Source: Octopus vulgaris (Eukaryota). From it: a stretch of 64,000 nucleotides of DNA. A program made the translations under genes and the position numbers. Positions 39,450-52,380 of the stretch are shown here, piece after piece. The DNA lies in the NCBI GenBank assembly GCA_951406725.2, contig OX597820.1, positions 73,966,001 through 74,030,000 of the forward strand, written 5' to 3'. The notes below the pieces were generated by a model, which did not search any database, was not told where the DNA came from, and was given only the letters and a program-made list of their open reading frames with translations. Within the stretch, counting starts at the first letter, position 1, and each line of letters opens with the position of its first letter.

Positions 39450-41380
39450 ATTAACATCCTTTGAATGTTGGCTGTTGGAATGTGCGCACACTTCTTGAAG
39501 AAATCAACAAGAAGCCAAAAAGATGTCCTGCACTTATTGCATGTGAGCCTAAGAAATATTCACTTGATATAGTTGCGCTCTCTGAAACCCGTCTCTCTGG
39601 TGAGGGTCAAGTAAATGAACCTATTTATGGATATACTATCTTTTGGAGGGGCCTACCTAAGGGTCAGCGTAGAGAATCTGGTGTTGGGTTTGCTCTCAAG
39701 AATATATTAGTATTCTCCATTGCAGGTAGGTTTCTTGTCCAATTCTGATGAAACTGTAGGACAGTTTTATGATGATCTAACACAATTATTGAGGAAAGTA
39801 CCAATTTCTGACAAGCTGGTCATATTGGGAGACTTCAATGCAAGAGTTGAAAAGGACTACGTTTCATGGCCTGTTTTAGGTCGACATGGTATAGGAAAAT
39901 GTAATAAAAACGGATTAGCTCTTTTGACGTTTTGTAATGAGAATAATCTGGTTTTCACCAACACACTTTTTAAGCAGAAAAATAAATAGACTACCTGGAT
40001 GCACCCAAGATCTAAGCACTAGCATCTCATATATAATATTCTGATAAAAAAAAAACGTGTTATGAAAGACGTGTCTAGCGTTCGGGCTGTGAGAGGAGCA
40101 GAGAGCTGGACTGACCATCGTCTAGTGCGTGAAAAATAGATTCTTCGATAATGCCTAAAAATAGACAGTCTGGTCCTAAGGTATCCAAAAGGTTGCAAAC
40201 TTTAAATTATCAAGCAGCTTGCAAAGATTCCAAGATGCTATAGAAAGTATCAATCTTGACCCAAACAATCTATGGGAAGATTTCAAAACAAAAGTATTTC
40301 AGGCTGCAAGTTCGTCACTTGGATTTAAATCACGTAAGTCCAGTGACTGGTTCTCACATAGATCAGTAGAAATTCATGATCTACTTTCAGAAAAACAAAA
40401 CTTAGGCAATATTTTTCCTTGAACCCCAACACAAACGAAGCTTACAGAAAGCCGAAAAGGAAAGTGCAGACTTCTCTAAGGAAAATTAAACAGGAATGGT
40501 GGAATGATAGAGCAAAAGGGGCACAAGAAGCAGCTGATAGAAATGATATCAAGAGTTTGTACCCTTATGTTAAGGAGGTATATGGCCCCAAATCTTCAAT
40601 GGCTCCAGTGAGAACAGCAAATGGACGTTTGCTTCTGACTGACACCGCTTTTATTCATAAGCGCTGGGCAGAACATTTTTCTGCACTTTTGAATAGACCA
40701 TCGTCTACTGAAATGAGGAGGATAGAAAAAATCGAACACTTTCCAGTTATAGAAGAGATGGCATTTGAACCAACTCTAAATGACATTTATTTAGCTGTGA
40801 ATAAGCTGAATAACAATAAGTTTCCAGGGTCTGATGGAATCTGTGCAGAAGCCTTGAAATATGGGGGAGACAAAATGTTTGAACTCTTAAGTGTATTAAT
40901 TTGTCACTGTTGGAGAACTGAGAAAGTGCCTCAAGAATGGATTTATGCAGTTGTAGTCTCCTTGTATAAATCGGGGCCATAGAATCTGTGTGGTGATTTT
41001 CGTGGGATTTCGCTTTTGCCTGTGGTTGGAAAGGTACTTGCCTGCATTTTGTTAGAACGTTTAAATACCTTCATAATTCCAAATATAGTGTCTGAATCTC
41101 AGTGTGGTTTTCACTCCTCCGGGGGCACAGCTGATTGCATCTTAACTGTCAGACAATTACAAGAAAAGTGCATTGAACAGAATCTTGCTCTATACCTCTG
41201 CTTTGTTAATTTGAGCAAAGCATTTGATACTGTTAATCGAAATGATCTGTGGCTAATTCTAAGGAAAATAGGTTGCCCAGAAAAATTTGTAAACATAATC
41301 CGGGCTTTGCATCAAGATATGAAAGCTAGAGTTAACTTTGGTGGGAGGCTCACTGAATCTTTTGCTGTGGAAAATGGAGT
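39450..41380 (+). pseudogene. RTE-clade LINE (APE endonuclease + RT N-terminal part), multiple stops/frameshifts, cut by gap
   Basis: CWNVRTL, DIVALSETR, ILGDFNARV, TWMHPRSKH, WTDHRLV, PGSDGI, ESQCGF, FVNLSKAFDTV. Confidence 0.9.
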
Positions 41381-41480
41381 NNNNNNNNNNNNNNNNNNNN
41401 NNNNNNNNNNNNNNNNNNNNNNNNNNNNNNNNNNNNNNNNNNNNNNNNNNNNNNNNNNNNNNNNNNNNNNNNNNNNNNNN
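41381..41480. other. Assembly gap (100 N)
   Basis: Run of n. Confidence 1.
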
Positions 41481-41659
41481 AATTACTTCATAGTGTTGGC
41501 AGATGTAGTTCGCAAAAGCTAAGGATATGCGACTAGTTGTGGAAGCATATAAATATTAGGTAGATCCGGCTACCTCACCATCCCACTCTTGTTATATATA
41601 TATATATATCGCCATGTTGAATCGCTAGCTTCTGCACGCAATTTTTTTCTCTCCTTGAT

Positions 41660-41900
41660 ATGAGCATCCAATTCTTTAGTGCACGATAAAGTACCACTCT
41701 TCGGCTCAGTGAACAGCTTCTTAGTAAACCCGTACGGGTCCTTCAGAAACTGCCCCGAGTCCTTTTACTTTCTTTTTCGACGCTCATATCGGCGGATATG
41801 TCGTTGCACATAACGACATTTCCTCTTCAAATCGTTATACAGCAACGCAAGGCCAGGTTTCCTGATGACCCCATACACTTGCTAGCTTCCGATATACGGA
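41660..41900 (-). pseudogene. Fragment of an R2/Hero-like non-LTR element (pre-RT region)
   Basis: GLALLYNDLKRK...RRKRSKRTRGQFLKDPYGFTKKLFTEPKSGTL. Confidence 0.45.
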
Positions 41901-41951
41901 GCTTTTAACTGGTAGCACTTGCATGTGCAAGTTGTTTGCAAGATATATGTA

Positions 41952-41989
41952 TCTTTCCGTTGAAGAGCGTAGGCTCGAAACGTAAAAGA
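41952..41989 (+). ncRNA. Minimal HHR-like motif (mini family), mutated core
   Basis: tcttt CCGTTGA a gagc gtag gctc GAAAC GTA aaaga. Confidence 0.4.
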
Positions 41990-42085
41990 CTTGTTTTATT
42001 TATATTCCTGAGCGCCATACTAATACAATTGTTTGTTTGTACTCCACCTGCCTTCGTCTTTTGTTTATTTTCATAAAGCTTCCCG

Positions 42086-42149
<64 letters not shown>

Positions 42150-42289
42150 TGTATAACTCTCGGTCCAACTATTGTGTGTGTATATATGACTTTTTTTTAA
42201 TAACTGACATAAGCTGTTCAAATTGCACATGTCCTTATTCTAACTCTTCCCAAATAGTAACTTTCTTCCATTTCTTCTTCATTGCAGTC

Positions 42290-42720
42290 AAATGATGTTT
42301 TCCAAACGGAAGCAGGGTACCGTCGTTACATTCTCGACGAAAGGGAGAAGGTTATCCAGCATCCACAAAAGCCAGCATGTTGTTTACGGAGATGACATCG
42401 TTGACAAGAATAATGTACACAGATGGATGAAAATGAAAGAAGGAGAAAACAGCCCTGAAGACAAACCTCGGAGTAGGCGACCATCAACAGCGGCCACAGA
42501 CACAGATCGCCAGTGAGTGGACAAATTGATTATTGCAGACTAACCAAATATCATGAGTTCTCTGCTCAACTAGAATATGGTCATGATCCATTACGGAGGA
42601 TAGTGAAAGACTTTGAGTATTGCAAATGTGTGTGCAAATTAGATATCTCAGCAATTGCCATCCGGTTTTAAAGACAGGATGTTGGATGTTTGCTCTGATT
42701 TGCTGGAAACGTTTGAAGCC
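42290..42720 (+). pseudogene. Mariner-type transposase N-terminal (HTH) remnant
   Basis: IHKSQHVVYGDDIVDKNNVHRW...EDKPRSRRPST matches the mariner HTH/GRP pattern. Confidence 0.7.
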
Positions 42721-43089
42721 AACGAATCACATTGTTTACCCCAATTTTCATTTTTTTTCTCTAAACTATTAGACTTTAAGGATCCGATACTTAAAGCATT
42801 CTTGGAGAACCGCAGCACTTCAATGTTTTTTATGCAAACCTGTTCTAGCATAACCCTTATTTATGTACGTTCGAAAGAATTATAATTCAATGCAACAGCC
42901 TTGTCACATTCTATGTCACACTGAATCTACCCGAGAACTACTTGAAGGGTACTCGTGTTACTGGAGTGATCAGTCACTTGCACAATAATTTCATGAGCAG
43001 GTTGTTTCGTTGATCGGATCACCTATGACACTCGTCGGAATGCCAGTCATGTATCTATGTATCTATTTAAGCGCATACATATGTATATA

Positions 43090-43150
<61 letters not shown>

Positions 43151-43327
43151 GTGTGTATGTATGTATGTATGTATGTATGTATGTATGTATGTATGTATGT
43201 ATGTAGTTGAGGTGTATTCTGTTAAGAGCGTATATATATAGTGAGAATTTGGAAGAAAACAAGACGAAGACGGTATGTGTAAACAGCAAACAGAAGTATT
43301 AGTTTAACGCTCGGGAAGTGAGAAAGT

Positions 43328-43363
43328 CTTTTACGTTTCGAGCCTATGCTCTCCGACAGAAAG
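43328..43363 (-). ncRNA. Minimal HHR-like motif (mini family), mutated core
   Basis: cuuu CUGUCGG a gagc auag gcuc GAAAC GUA aaag. Confidence 0.4.
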
Positions 43364-43451
43364 GAACACAGAAATGAGCAGAGAAAAAATAAAAAAAGAT
43401 TTAGTGGCTAGATATACATACATACATACATACATACATATACATATATAC

Positions 43452-43519
<68 letters not shown>

Positions 43520-43681
43520 CGATTCCCATATATAGCGAAAATACCCTAAAAGCTCCACGAGGCTCCGGCAGTGGGTGGTGATCCCTGCTGTATATCTCCC
43601 ACTCTTTCTTCTGTTGGCCTGCTCGCTTAGCCAGCGGGGTGGCGTCATTCGAAGGCTAAAACAATGCGAACGCATTGTGAC

Positions 43682-43752
<71 letters not shown>

Positions 43753-43755
<3 letters not shown>

Positions 43756-46700
43756 ATCAATATAGGGTGGCAAAAAAAAATTTTGTAGAATTCTTTTGCC
43801 ACCAGCGGCCTAGTGGGAAAAAATTAAATAGTCATAAACCATTTTTAAGTTCAACATCACAATCAAGGAACGGCCATAATAGGCCATTCACCCACTAGAA
43901 ATAACAGCCAAAAGCTTTAACCGCAAAATAACGTCAATTCCGTAAACCAGGAGAAAATTAAAAACATTTACCCTGTAATTTCTTAGACGATGCACCGTTT
44001 CATCTACTGTTTAATGGAAAACTAACCTGATTAAATTAAATCAAGCCAATCTACCATAGGCCCTTAGATTCATCAGTAAGAAATAGCCAAGCCGGAACAG
44101 ATATTTTTCACGAGGCATTCTCGTTGCTACCTCGTCAATATCTGACCTAAAATTTTCAAATCGTCGCACTCGCGCCAAATTTATCGGCAGCAAATAAATA
44201 TAAGCCGCCGATTCCATTACGGAATTAACCAGAAAATTCATAATTAATCAATATAGGGTGGCAAAAAAAATTTTGTAGAATTCTTTTGCCACCAGCGGCC
44301 TAGTGGGAAAAAATTAAATAGTCATAAACCATTTTTAAGTTCAACATCACAATCAAGGAACGGCCATAATAGGCCATTCACCCACTAGAAATAACAGCCA
44401 AAAGCTTTAACCGCAAAATAACGTCAATTCCGTAAACCAGGAGAAAATTAAAAAACATTTACCCTGTAATTTCTTAGACGATGCACCGTTTCATCTTCTG
44501 TTTAATGGAAAACTAACCTGATTAAATTAAATCAAGCCAATCTACCATAGGCCCTTAGATTCATCAGTAAGAAATAGCCAAGCCGGAACAGATATTTTTC
44601 ACGAGGCATTCTCGTTGCTACCTCGTCAATATCTGACCTAAAATTTTCAAATCGTCGCACTCGCGCCAAATTTATCGGCAGCAAATAAATATAAGCCGCC
44701 GATTCCATTACGGAATTAACCAGAAAATTCATAATTAATCAATATAGGGTGGCAAAAAAAATTTTGTAGAATTCTTTTGCCACCAGCGGCCTAGTGGGAA
44801 AAAATTAAATAGTCATAAACCATTTTTAAGTTCAACATCACAATCAAGGAACGGCCATAATAGGCCATTCACCCACTAGAAATAACAGCCAAAAGCTTTA
44901 ACCGCAAAATAACGTCAATTCCGTAAACCAGGAGAAAATTAAAAAACATTTACCCTGTAATTTCTTAGACGATGCACCGTTTCATCTTCTGTTTAATGGA
45001 AAACTAACCTGATTAAATTAAATCAAGCCAATCTACCATAGGCCCTTAGATTCATCAGTAAGAAATAGCCAAGCCGGAACAGATATTTTTCACGAGGCAT
45101 TCTCGTTGCTACCTCGTCAATATCTGACCTAAAATTTTCAAATCGTCGCACTCGCGCCAAATTTATCGGCAGCAAATAAATATAAGCCGCCGATTCCATT
45201 ACGGAATTAACCAGAAAATTCATAATTAATCAATATAGGGTGGCAAAAAAAATTTTGTAGAATTCTTTTGCCACCAGCGGCCTAGTGGGAAAAAATTAAA
45301 TAGTCATAAACCATTTTTAAGTTCAACATCACAATCAAGGAACGGCCATAATAGGCCATTCACCCACTAGAAATAACAGCCAAAAGCTTTAACCGCAAAA
45401 TAACGTCAATTCCGTAAACCAGGAGAAAATTGAAAAAACATTTACCCTGTAATTTCTTAGACGATGCACCGTTTCATCTACTGTTTAATGGAAAACTAAC
45501 CTGATTAAATTAAATCAAGCCAATCTACCATAGGCCCTTAGATTCATCAGTAAGAAATAGCCAAGCCGGAACAGATATTTTTCACGAGGCATTCTCGTTG
45601 CTACCTCGTCAATATCTGACCTAAAATTTTCAAATCGTCGCACTCGCGCCAAATTTATCGGCAGCAAATAAATATAAGCCGCCGATTCCATTACGGAATT
45701 AACCAGAAAATTCATAATTAATCAATATAGGGTGGCAAAAAAAATTTTGTAGAATTCTTTTGCCACCAGCGGCCTAGTGGGAAAAAATTAAATAGTCATA
45801 AACCATTTTTAAGTTCAACATCACAATCAAGGAACGGCCATAATAGGCCATTCACCCACTAGAAATAACAGCCAAAAGCTTTAACCGCAAAATAACGTCA
45901 ATTCCGTAAACCAGGAGAAAATTAAAAAACATTTACCCTGTAATTTCTTAGACGATGCACCGTTTCATCTACTGTTTAATGGAAAACTAACCTGATTAAA
46001 TTAAATCAAGCCAATCTACCATAGGCCCTTAGATTCATCAGTAAGAAATAGCCAAGCCGGAACAGATATTTTTCACGAGGCATTCTCGTTGCTACCTCGT
46101 CAATATCTGACCTAAAATTTTCAAATCGTCGCACTCGCGCCAAATTTATCGGCAGCAAATAAATATAAGCCGCCGATTCCATTACGGAATTAACCAGAAA
46201 ATTCATAATTAATCAATATAGGGTGGCAAAAAAAATTTTGTAGAATTCTTTTGCCACCAGCGGCCTAGTGGGAAAAAATTAAATAGTCATAAACCATTTT
46301 TAAGTTCAACATCACAATCAAGGAACGGCCATAATAGGCCATTCACCCACTAGAAATAACAGCCAAAAGCTTTAACCGCAAAATAACGTCAATTCCGTAA
46401 ACCAGGAGAAAATTAAAAAACATTTACCCTGTAATTTCTTAGACGATGCACCGTTTCATCTACTGTTTAATGGAAAACTAACCTGATTAAATTAAATCAA
46501 GCCAATCTACCATAGGCCCTTAGATTCATCAGTAAGAAATAGCCAAGCCGGAACAGATATTTTTCACGAGGCATTCTCGTTGCTACCTCGTCAATATCTG
46601 ACCTAAAATTTTCAAATCGTCGCACTCGCGCCAAATTTATCGGCAGCAAATAAATATAAGCCGCCGATTCCATTACGGAATTAACCAGAAAATTCATAAT

Positions 46701-48904
46701 TAATCAATATAGGGTGGCAAAAAAATTTTGTAGAATTCTTTTGCCACCAGCGGCCTAGTGGGAAAAAATTAAATAGTCATAAACCATTTTTAAGTTCAAC
46801 ATCACAATCAAGGAACGGCCATAATAGGCCATTCACCCACTAGAAATAACAGCCAAAAGCTTTAACCGCAAAATAACGTCAATTCCGTAAACCAGGAGAA
46901 AATTAAAAACATTTACCCTGTAATTTCTTAGACGATGCACCGTTTCATCTACTGTTTAATGGAAAACTAACCTGATTAAATTAAATCAAGCCAATCTACC
47001 ATAGGCCCTTAGATTCATCAGTAAGAAATAGCCAAGCCGGAACAGATATTTTTCACGAGGCATTCTCGTTGCTACCTCGTCAATATCTGACCTAAAATTT
47101 TCAAATCGTCGCACTCGCGCCAAATTTATCGGCAGCAAATAAATATAAGCCGCCGATTCCATTACGGAATTAACCAGAAAATTCATAATTAATCAATATA
47201 GGGTGGCAAAAAAATTTTGTAGAATTCTTTTGCCACCAGCGGCCTAGTGGGAAAAAATTAAATAGTCATAAACCATTTTTAAGTTCAACATCACAATCAA
47301 GGAACGGCCATAATAGGCCATTCACCCACTAGAAATAACAGCCAAAAGCTTTAACCGCAAAATAACGTCAATTCCGTAAACCAGGAGAAAATTAAAAAAC
47401 ATTTACCCTGTAATTTCTTAGACGATGCACCGTTTCATCTTCTGTTTAATGGAAAACTAACCTGATTAAATTAAATCAAGCCAATCTACCATAGGCCCTT
47501 AGATTCATCAGTAAGAAATAGCCAAGCCGGAACAGATATTTTTCACGAGGCATTCTCGTTGCTACCTCGTCAATATCTGACCTAAAATTTTCAAATCGTC
47601 GCACTCGCGCCAAATTTATCGGCAGCAAATAAATATAAGCCGCCGATTCCATTACGGAATTAACCAGAAAATTCATAATTAATCAATATAGGGTGGCAAA
47701 AAAAATTTTGTAGAATTCTTTTGCCACCAGCGGCCTAGTGGGAAAAAAATTAAATAGTCATAAACCATTTTTAAGTTCAACATCACAATCAAGGAACGGC
47801 CATAATAGGCCATTCACCCACTAGAAATAACAGCCAAAAGCTTTAACCGCAAAATAACGTCAATTCCGTAAACCAGGAGAAAATTAAAAAACATTTACCC
47901 TGTAATTTCTTAGACGATGCACCGTTTCATCTACTGTTTAATGGAAAACTAACCTGATTAAATTAAATCAAGCCAATCTACCATAGGCCCTTAGATTCAT
48001 CAGTAAGAAATAGCCAAGCCGGAACAGATATTTTTCACGGGGCATTCTCGTTGCTACCTCGTCAATATCTGACCTAAAATTTTCAAATCGTCGCACTCGC
48101 GCCAAATTTATCGGCAGCAAATAAATATAAGCCGCCGATTCCATTACGGAATTAACCAGAAAATTCATAATTAATCAATATAGGGTGCCAAAAAAATTTT
48201 TGTAGAATTCTTTTGCCACCAGCGGCCTAGTGGGAAAAAATTAAATAGTCATAAACCATTTTTAAGTTCAACATCACAATCAAGGAACGGCCATAATAGG
48301 CCATTCACCCACTAGAAATAACAGCCAAAAGCTTTAACCGCAAAATAACGTCAATTCCGTAAACCAGGAGAAAATTAAAAAACATTTACCCTGTAATTTC
48401 TTAGACGATGCACCGTTTCATCTACTGTTTAATGGAAAACTAACCTGATTAAATTAAATCAAGCCAATCTACCATAGGCCCTTAGATTCATCAGTAAGAA
48501 ATAGCCAAGCCGGAACAGATATTTATCACGGGGCATTCTCGTTGCTACCTCGTCAATATCTGACCTAAAATTTTCAAATCGTCGCACTCGCGCCAAATTT
48601 ATCGGCAGCAAATAAATATAAGCCGCCGATTCCATTACGGAATTAACCAGAAAATTCATAATTAATCAATATAGGGTGGCAAAAAAAATTTTGTAGAATT
48701 CTTTTGCCACCAGCGGCCTAGTGGGAAAAAATTAAATAGTCATAAACCATTTTTAAGTTCAACATCACAATCAAGGAACGGCCATAATAGGCCATTCACC
48801 CACTAGAAATAACAGCCAAAAGCTTTAACCGCAAAATAACGTCAATTCCGTAAACCAGGAGAAAATTAAAAAACATTTACCCTGTAATTTCTTAGACGAT
48901 GCAC
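43753..48904 (-). repeat. Tandem array of ~10.5 x 491-bp units, each full unit carrying one hammerhead ribozyme (retrozyme-like)
   Basis: Period 489-492 bp from the repeated ORF starts; units nearly identical; preceded by (TA)n. Confidence 0.95.
43978..44084 (-). ncRNA. Type I hammerhead ribozyme of unit 1 (repeated in all 10 full units)
   Basis: auuucuua CUGAUGA aucua...uagau GAAAC ggugcauc GUC uaagaaau; 8-bp stem I, canonical core, GUC triplet. Confidence 0.85.
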
Positions 48905-49131
48905 TATTCTTACTGATGAATCTAAGGGCCTATGGTAGATTGGCTTGATTTAATTTAATCAGGTTAGTTTTCCATTAAACAGTAGATGAAACGGTGCATC
49001 GTCTAAGAAATTACAGGGTAAATGTTTTTTAATTTTCTCCTGGTTTACGGAGATTGACGTTATTTTGCGGTTAAAGCTTTTTGGCTGTTATTTCTAGTGG
49101 GTGAATGGCCTATTATGGCCGTTCCTTGATT

Positions 49132-49136
<5 letters not shown>
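48905..49136 (+). repeat. Inverted partial unit of the 491-bp array, with a complete HHR (48907-49009)
   Basis: Reverse complement of ~43856-44086; ends in (AT)n. Confidence 0.9.
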
Positions 49137-49182
<46 letters not shown>

Positions 49183-49860
49183 AAATATATATATGTATAT
49201 ATATTTATGTATGTATATATATAAATATGTATGTATGGATGGATGGATGTATATGTGCAGATTTGTATGGCTTGTTTTATGATTGTATTCTCATGAATAT
49301 AGTTGCATATCTAGACATGCTCATATATACTTATATATGTATGCATGTATGCGTGTATTTATGCATGTATGTACATATGTACATATGTATGTATATGTGT
49401 ATTTATGCCTGTATCACTGTCAGCATATTCATATCTCTGTACATGTAACCAGGAACTTCTCAGTAATAAAAGACTTTTTTTGTTCATCACCAACTAAAGT
49501 CTAGTCAAAAAATACTTCTGATTACAGGCCGAGATTATAGATTCCGACTCCAGCTCCCCGCTTGGTATCACGTTTAGATCTAAACACAATTTTTATCTCT
49601 CACGCCCTTAATGTAAACTGGTCGTTGTATCCACCGATAACGCCTTTGTTGTTTGGTATTTAGTTTCTTTTATATGCTTCCCAGCCAATTCCTTTCACCC
49701 TGCCACCATTTCTACTGCTGTGTTTTACAACCCGTTCTCTTCCTTCCTCACCCCACGGTATATCTATGGCATTACGATAACATACAAGTCCATAGACTGT
49801 CACTCACTTGGCTTAGTCGTTGCCTGTGGTACTAGCAAGATTCTGTAAAATCCTCTACGT

Positions 49861-50543
49861 CAGTGGTTTCTAACTGGGGTCCATATAACCATTAGGGTCT
49901 ACCATGACCCTTCGGGGTTCATGTAGAATTTTGTTGTTAAAATCTATTTTCAGTAAATTGTTTATACTTCTGCAACACACAAAATATCCCTTTCTACTCT
50001 AGGCACAAAACCCGAAACTTTGGGGAGAGGGAGGCCAGTGGATTAGATCGACTCCAGTACGCAACTGGTACTTAATTTATCGACCTCGACTAGACGCAAA
50101 GGCAAAGTCGACCTCGGCGGAATTTGAACTCAGGACGTAAAGACAGACGAAAAACCGCTAAGCATCGACTTTAATTCTTTTTATACAGTTCTTAATAATA
50201 TTTAATTACAAAAGGCGGTGAGCTGGCAGAACCGTTAGCACGCCGGGCGAAATGCGTAGCCGTATTTCGTCTGCCGTTACGTTGTGAGTTCAAATTCCGC
50301 CGGGGTCGACTTTGCCTTTCATCCTTTCGGGGTCGATAAATTAAGTACCAGTTACACACTGGGGTCGCTGTAATCGACTTAATCCGTTTGTCTGTCCTTG
50401 TTTGTCCCCTCTATGTATAGTCCCTTGTGGGTAATAAAGAAATAAAGAATTACAAAAATACAATTAAAAGTTGTTTTACATACCAGAAGAATAAAATAGG
50501 AATCCAGGGGTTCCGTAGGCAAAAAGATAGTTGAGAAACTCTA
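49861..50543. mobile_element. hAT/Charlie-like MITE carrying two nested family A SINEs
   Basis: Ends cagtggtttctaac / gttgagaaactcta; 8-bp flanks ctctacgt / ctgtacgt; SINE at 50213 has TSD aattacaaaa. Confidence 0.6.
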
Positions 50544-52380
50544 CTGTACGTTGTCATTTGACTTACTAAAAGAACAACAACCAAATCGTCTTCAACTGCA
50601 TCTTTATTTTAAGAAATTCGTATTAAAACATAGGATAAATGTGGACTTCTCTTGGTTTTTTTTTGTTTGTTGGAGGAAATGCAATGGTTATGATCCTTCA
50701 CAGGTTTCCCAAGACTAACAGAAGGAAGTTAGCATTAAACTTGGGCCATGTCTCCAAAACTTGAAACATTGCCCGAGTATAGGTGGTGTAGGCGTGGTTG
50801 TGTGGTAAGAACTTTGCTTCCCAACCACATGGTTCCAGGTTCGCTTCCACCGCGTGCCACCTTCTTCTACTATATCACCGGACAACCAAACATTTTTCAG
50901 TCGATTTGGTAGACGGGAATTGTGTGAAAGCCAATCGTGTGTGTGTGTATGTGTGTGTGTGTGTGTGTGTGCGTGTGAATGTATGTGTTTGTAAAATCCA
51001 GTGAGGTAGTTAACTTATGTGGCTGCTAGACCTGCTAAAAATAGCAACCAAATCTCTTCGGTGAGTGTATGTGTTACTGTGCGTATATATGTGTATGTCT
51101 GTGTATGTGTATTTGTTCCCCTCCACCGCTTGACAACCGGTATTTGTGTATTTACGTCCCCGTAATTTAGCGTTGTATAAATCAATGAATAACACACTTC
51201 CTTTATAAATGAGTGATTGTTATTTTTCATGTTGTTATTTAACCCTTATCCGTGACCGCTCCACATTTTTAAAAAACAAAGTGCAATCCAGGAATACCTT
51301 AATCATTTCGCCCTTTCTTTTCATAAGACAGCATGGGATAATCGGAGGGAAATTAGGCTGTTGTTTCTCGCAGAATGACGTTAATTTTAAAAGGAGGGGG
51401 CATTTAATATGCTTGTGTGATGTCAAAATCATATTTTCATCCTTCTCTAGTCTCCCTTCTCTGTCTGTGTCTCTTTCTAGAATAGTGGAAAAGAGACGTA
51501 CAGAGAATAGGACACACACAGGGAGAATGAGAGAGAGAGAGGGGAGGGGGAGGGAGAGGGAGGGAGAGGGAGAGAGAGGTAGAAAAAGAGAAAGAAAGAG
51601 AGAACGAAAAAGAAAAAGAGAAAGAAAATAGAAAGAAAAGGAGAAAGAAAAAGAGAAAGAAAGAGATAAAGAAAAAGACTAAGAGAAGAGAAAGAAAAAG
51701 AGAAGGAAAGAAAGAATGAAATAAAGGGAAACAAATATGAGGGGAAATGTTGCTTATGATGGCAACGATCTGGAGACTGAATAGCGTTAATTCACAAAAC
51801 ATTTCCTTGAAAAACCCTTCTTGAATGAAGTTTCAACTCAGACAAACTCGAGCAACATCAATAATATCACATACATTAAACAATGTAACGTAGTCCTTGA
51901 TATGAAAAAAAAAGGCGGGGACAGTTATGAACAGAGAGCCTTTTTACCAAGAGTTTGACTGTCTTGGGGTTAAACAATAATAACATCAACAAAATGATGA
52001 ATCTAGTTTAAAGGCACAAAATTAAAACGAAACTAAATACAGATTTGTCAATGACCAGTCTAAGGTTGTTCTGAGGGCGTTAAAAACTGTCGCATTAATG
52101 GATGACATCCGACCCATTTAACAACATGACACTAAGATGCTCTTTGTGTAATCACCGACATTACTAATCAGCCAAATAAATCAAAATATGCTTATTCTTA
52201 GCAAATAACCTACCCTCCAATCCAACCATCCATCCATTTACTCCGCCCATTATTCCTGAAAGAACTGGAGGGCAAAGTTCGCAGGTACTTCTTGTATAGG
52301 GTCCATCCGGACGCAATCTCAATATTTCATGTTGAATACCCAACGTGATCCATTTAGACTGTGGATATTAGACAATTTAA

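Noticed and set aside
44041-48659. Ten copies of a 66-aa ORF (MNFLVNSVMESAA...)
   Set aside because: A by-product of the tandem unit; no recognisable domain, and it runs through the ribozyme cores. Coding is not excluded but is unsupported.
43753-48904. CRISPR array or rDNA/snRNA gene cluster
   Set aside because: No unique spacers, eukaryotic context, and no recognisable 5S/snRNA/tRNA sequence in the unit.
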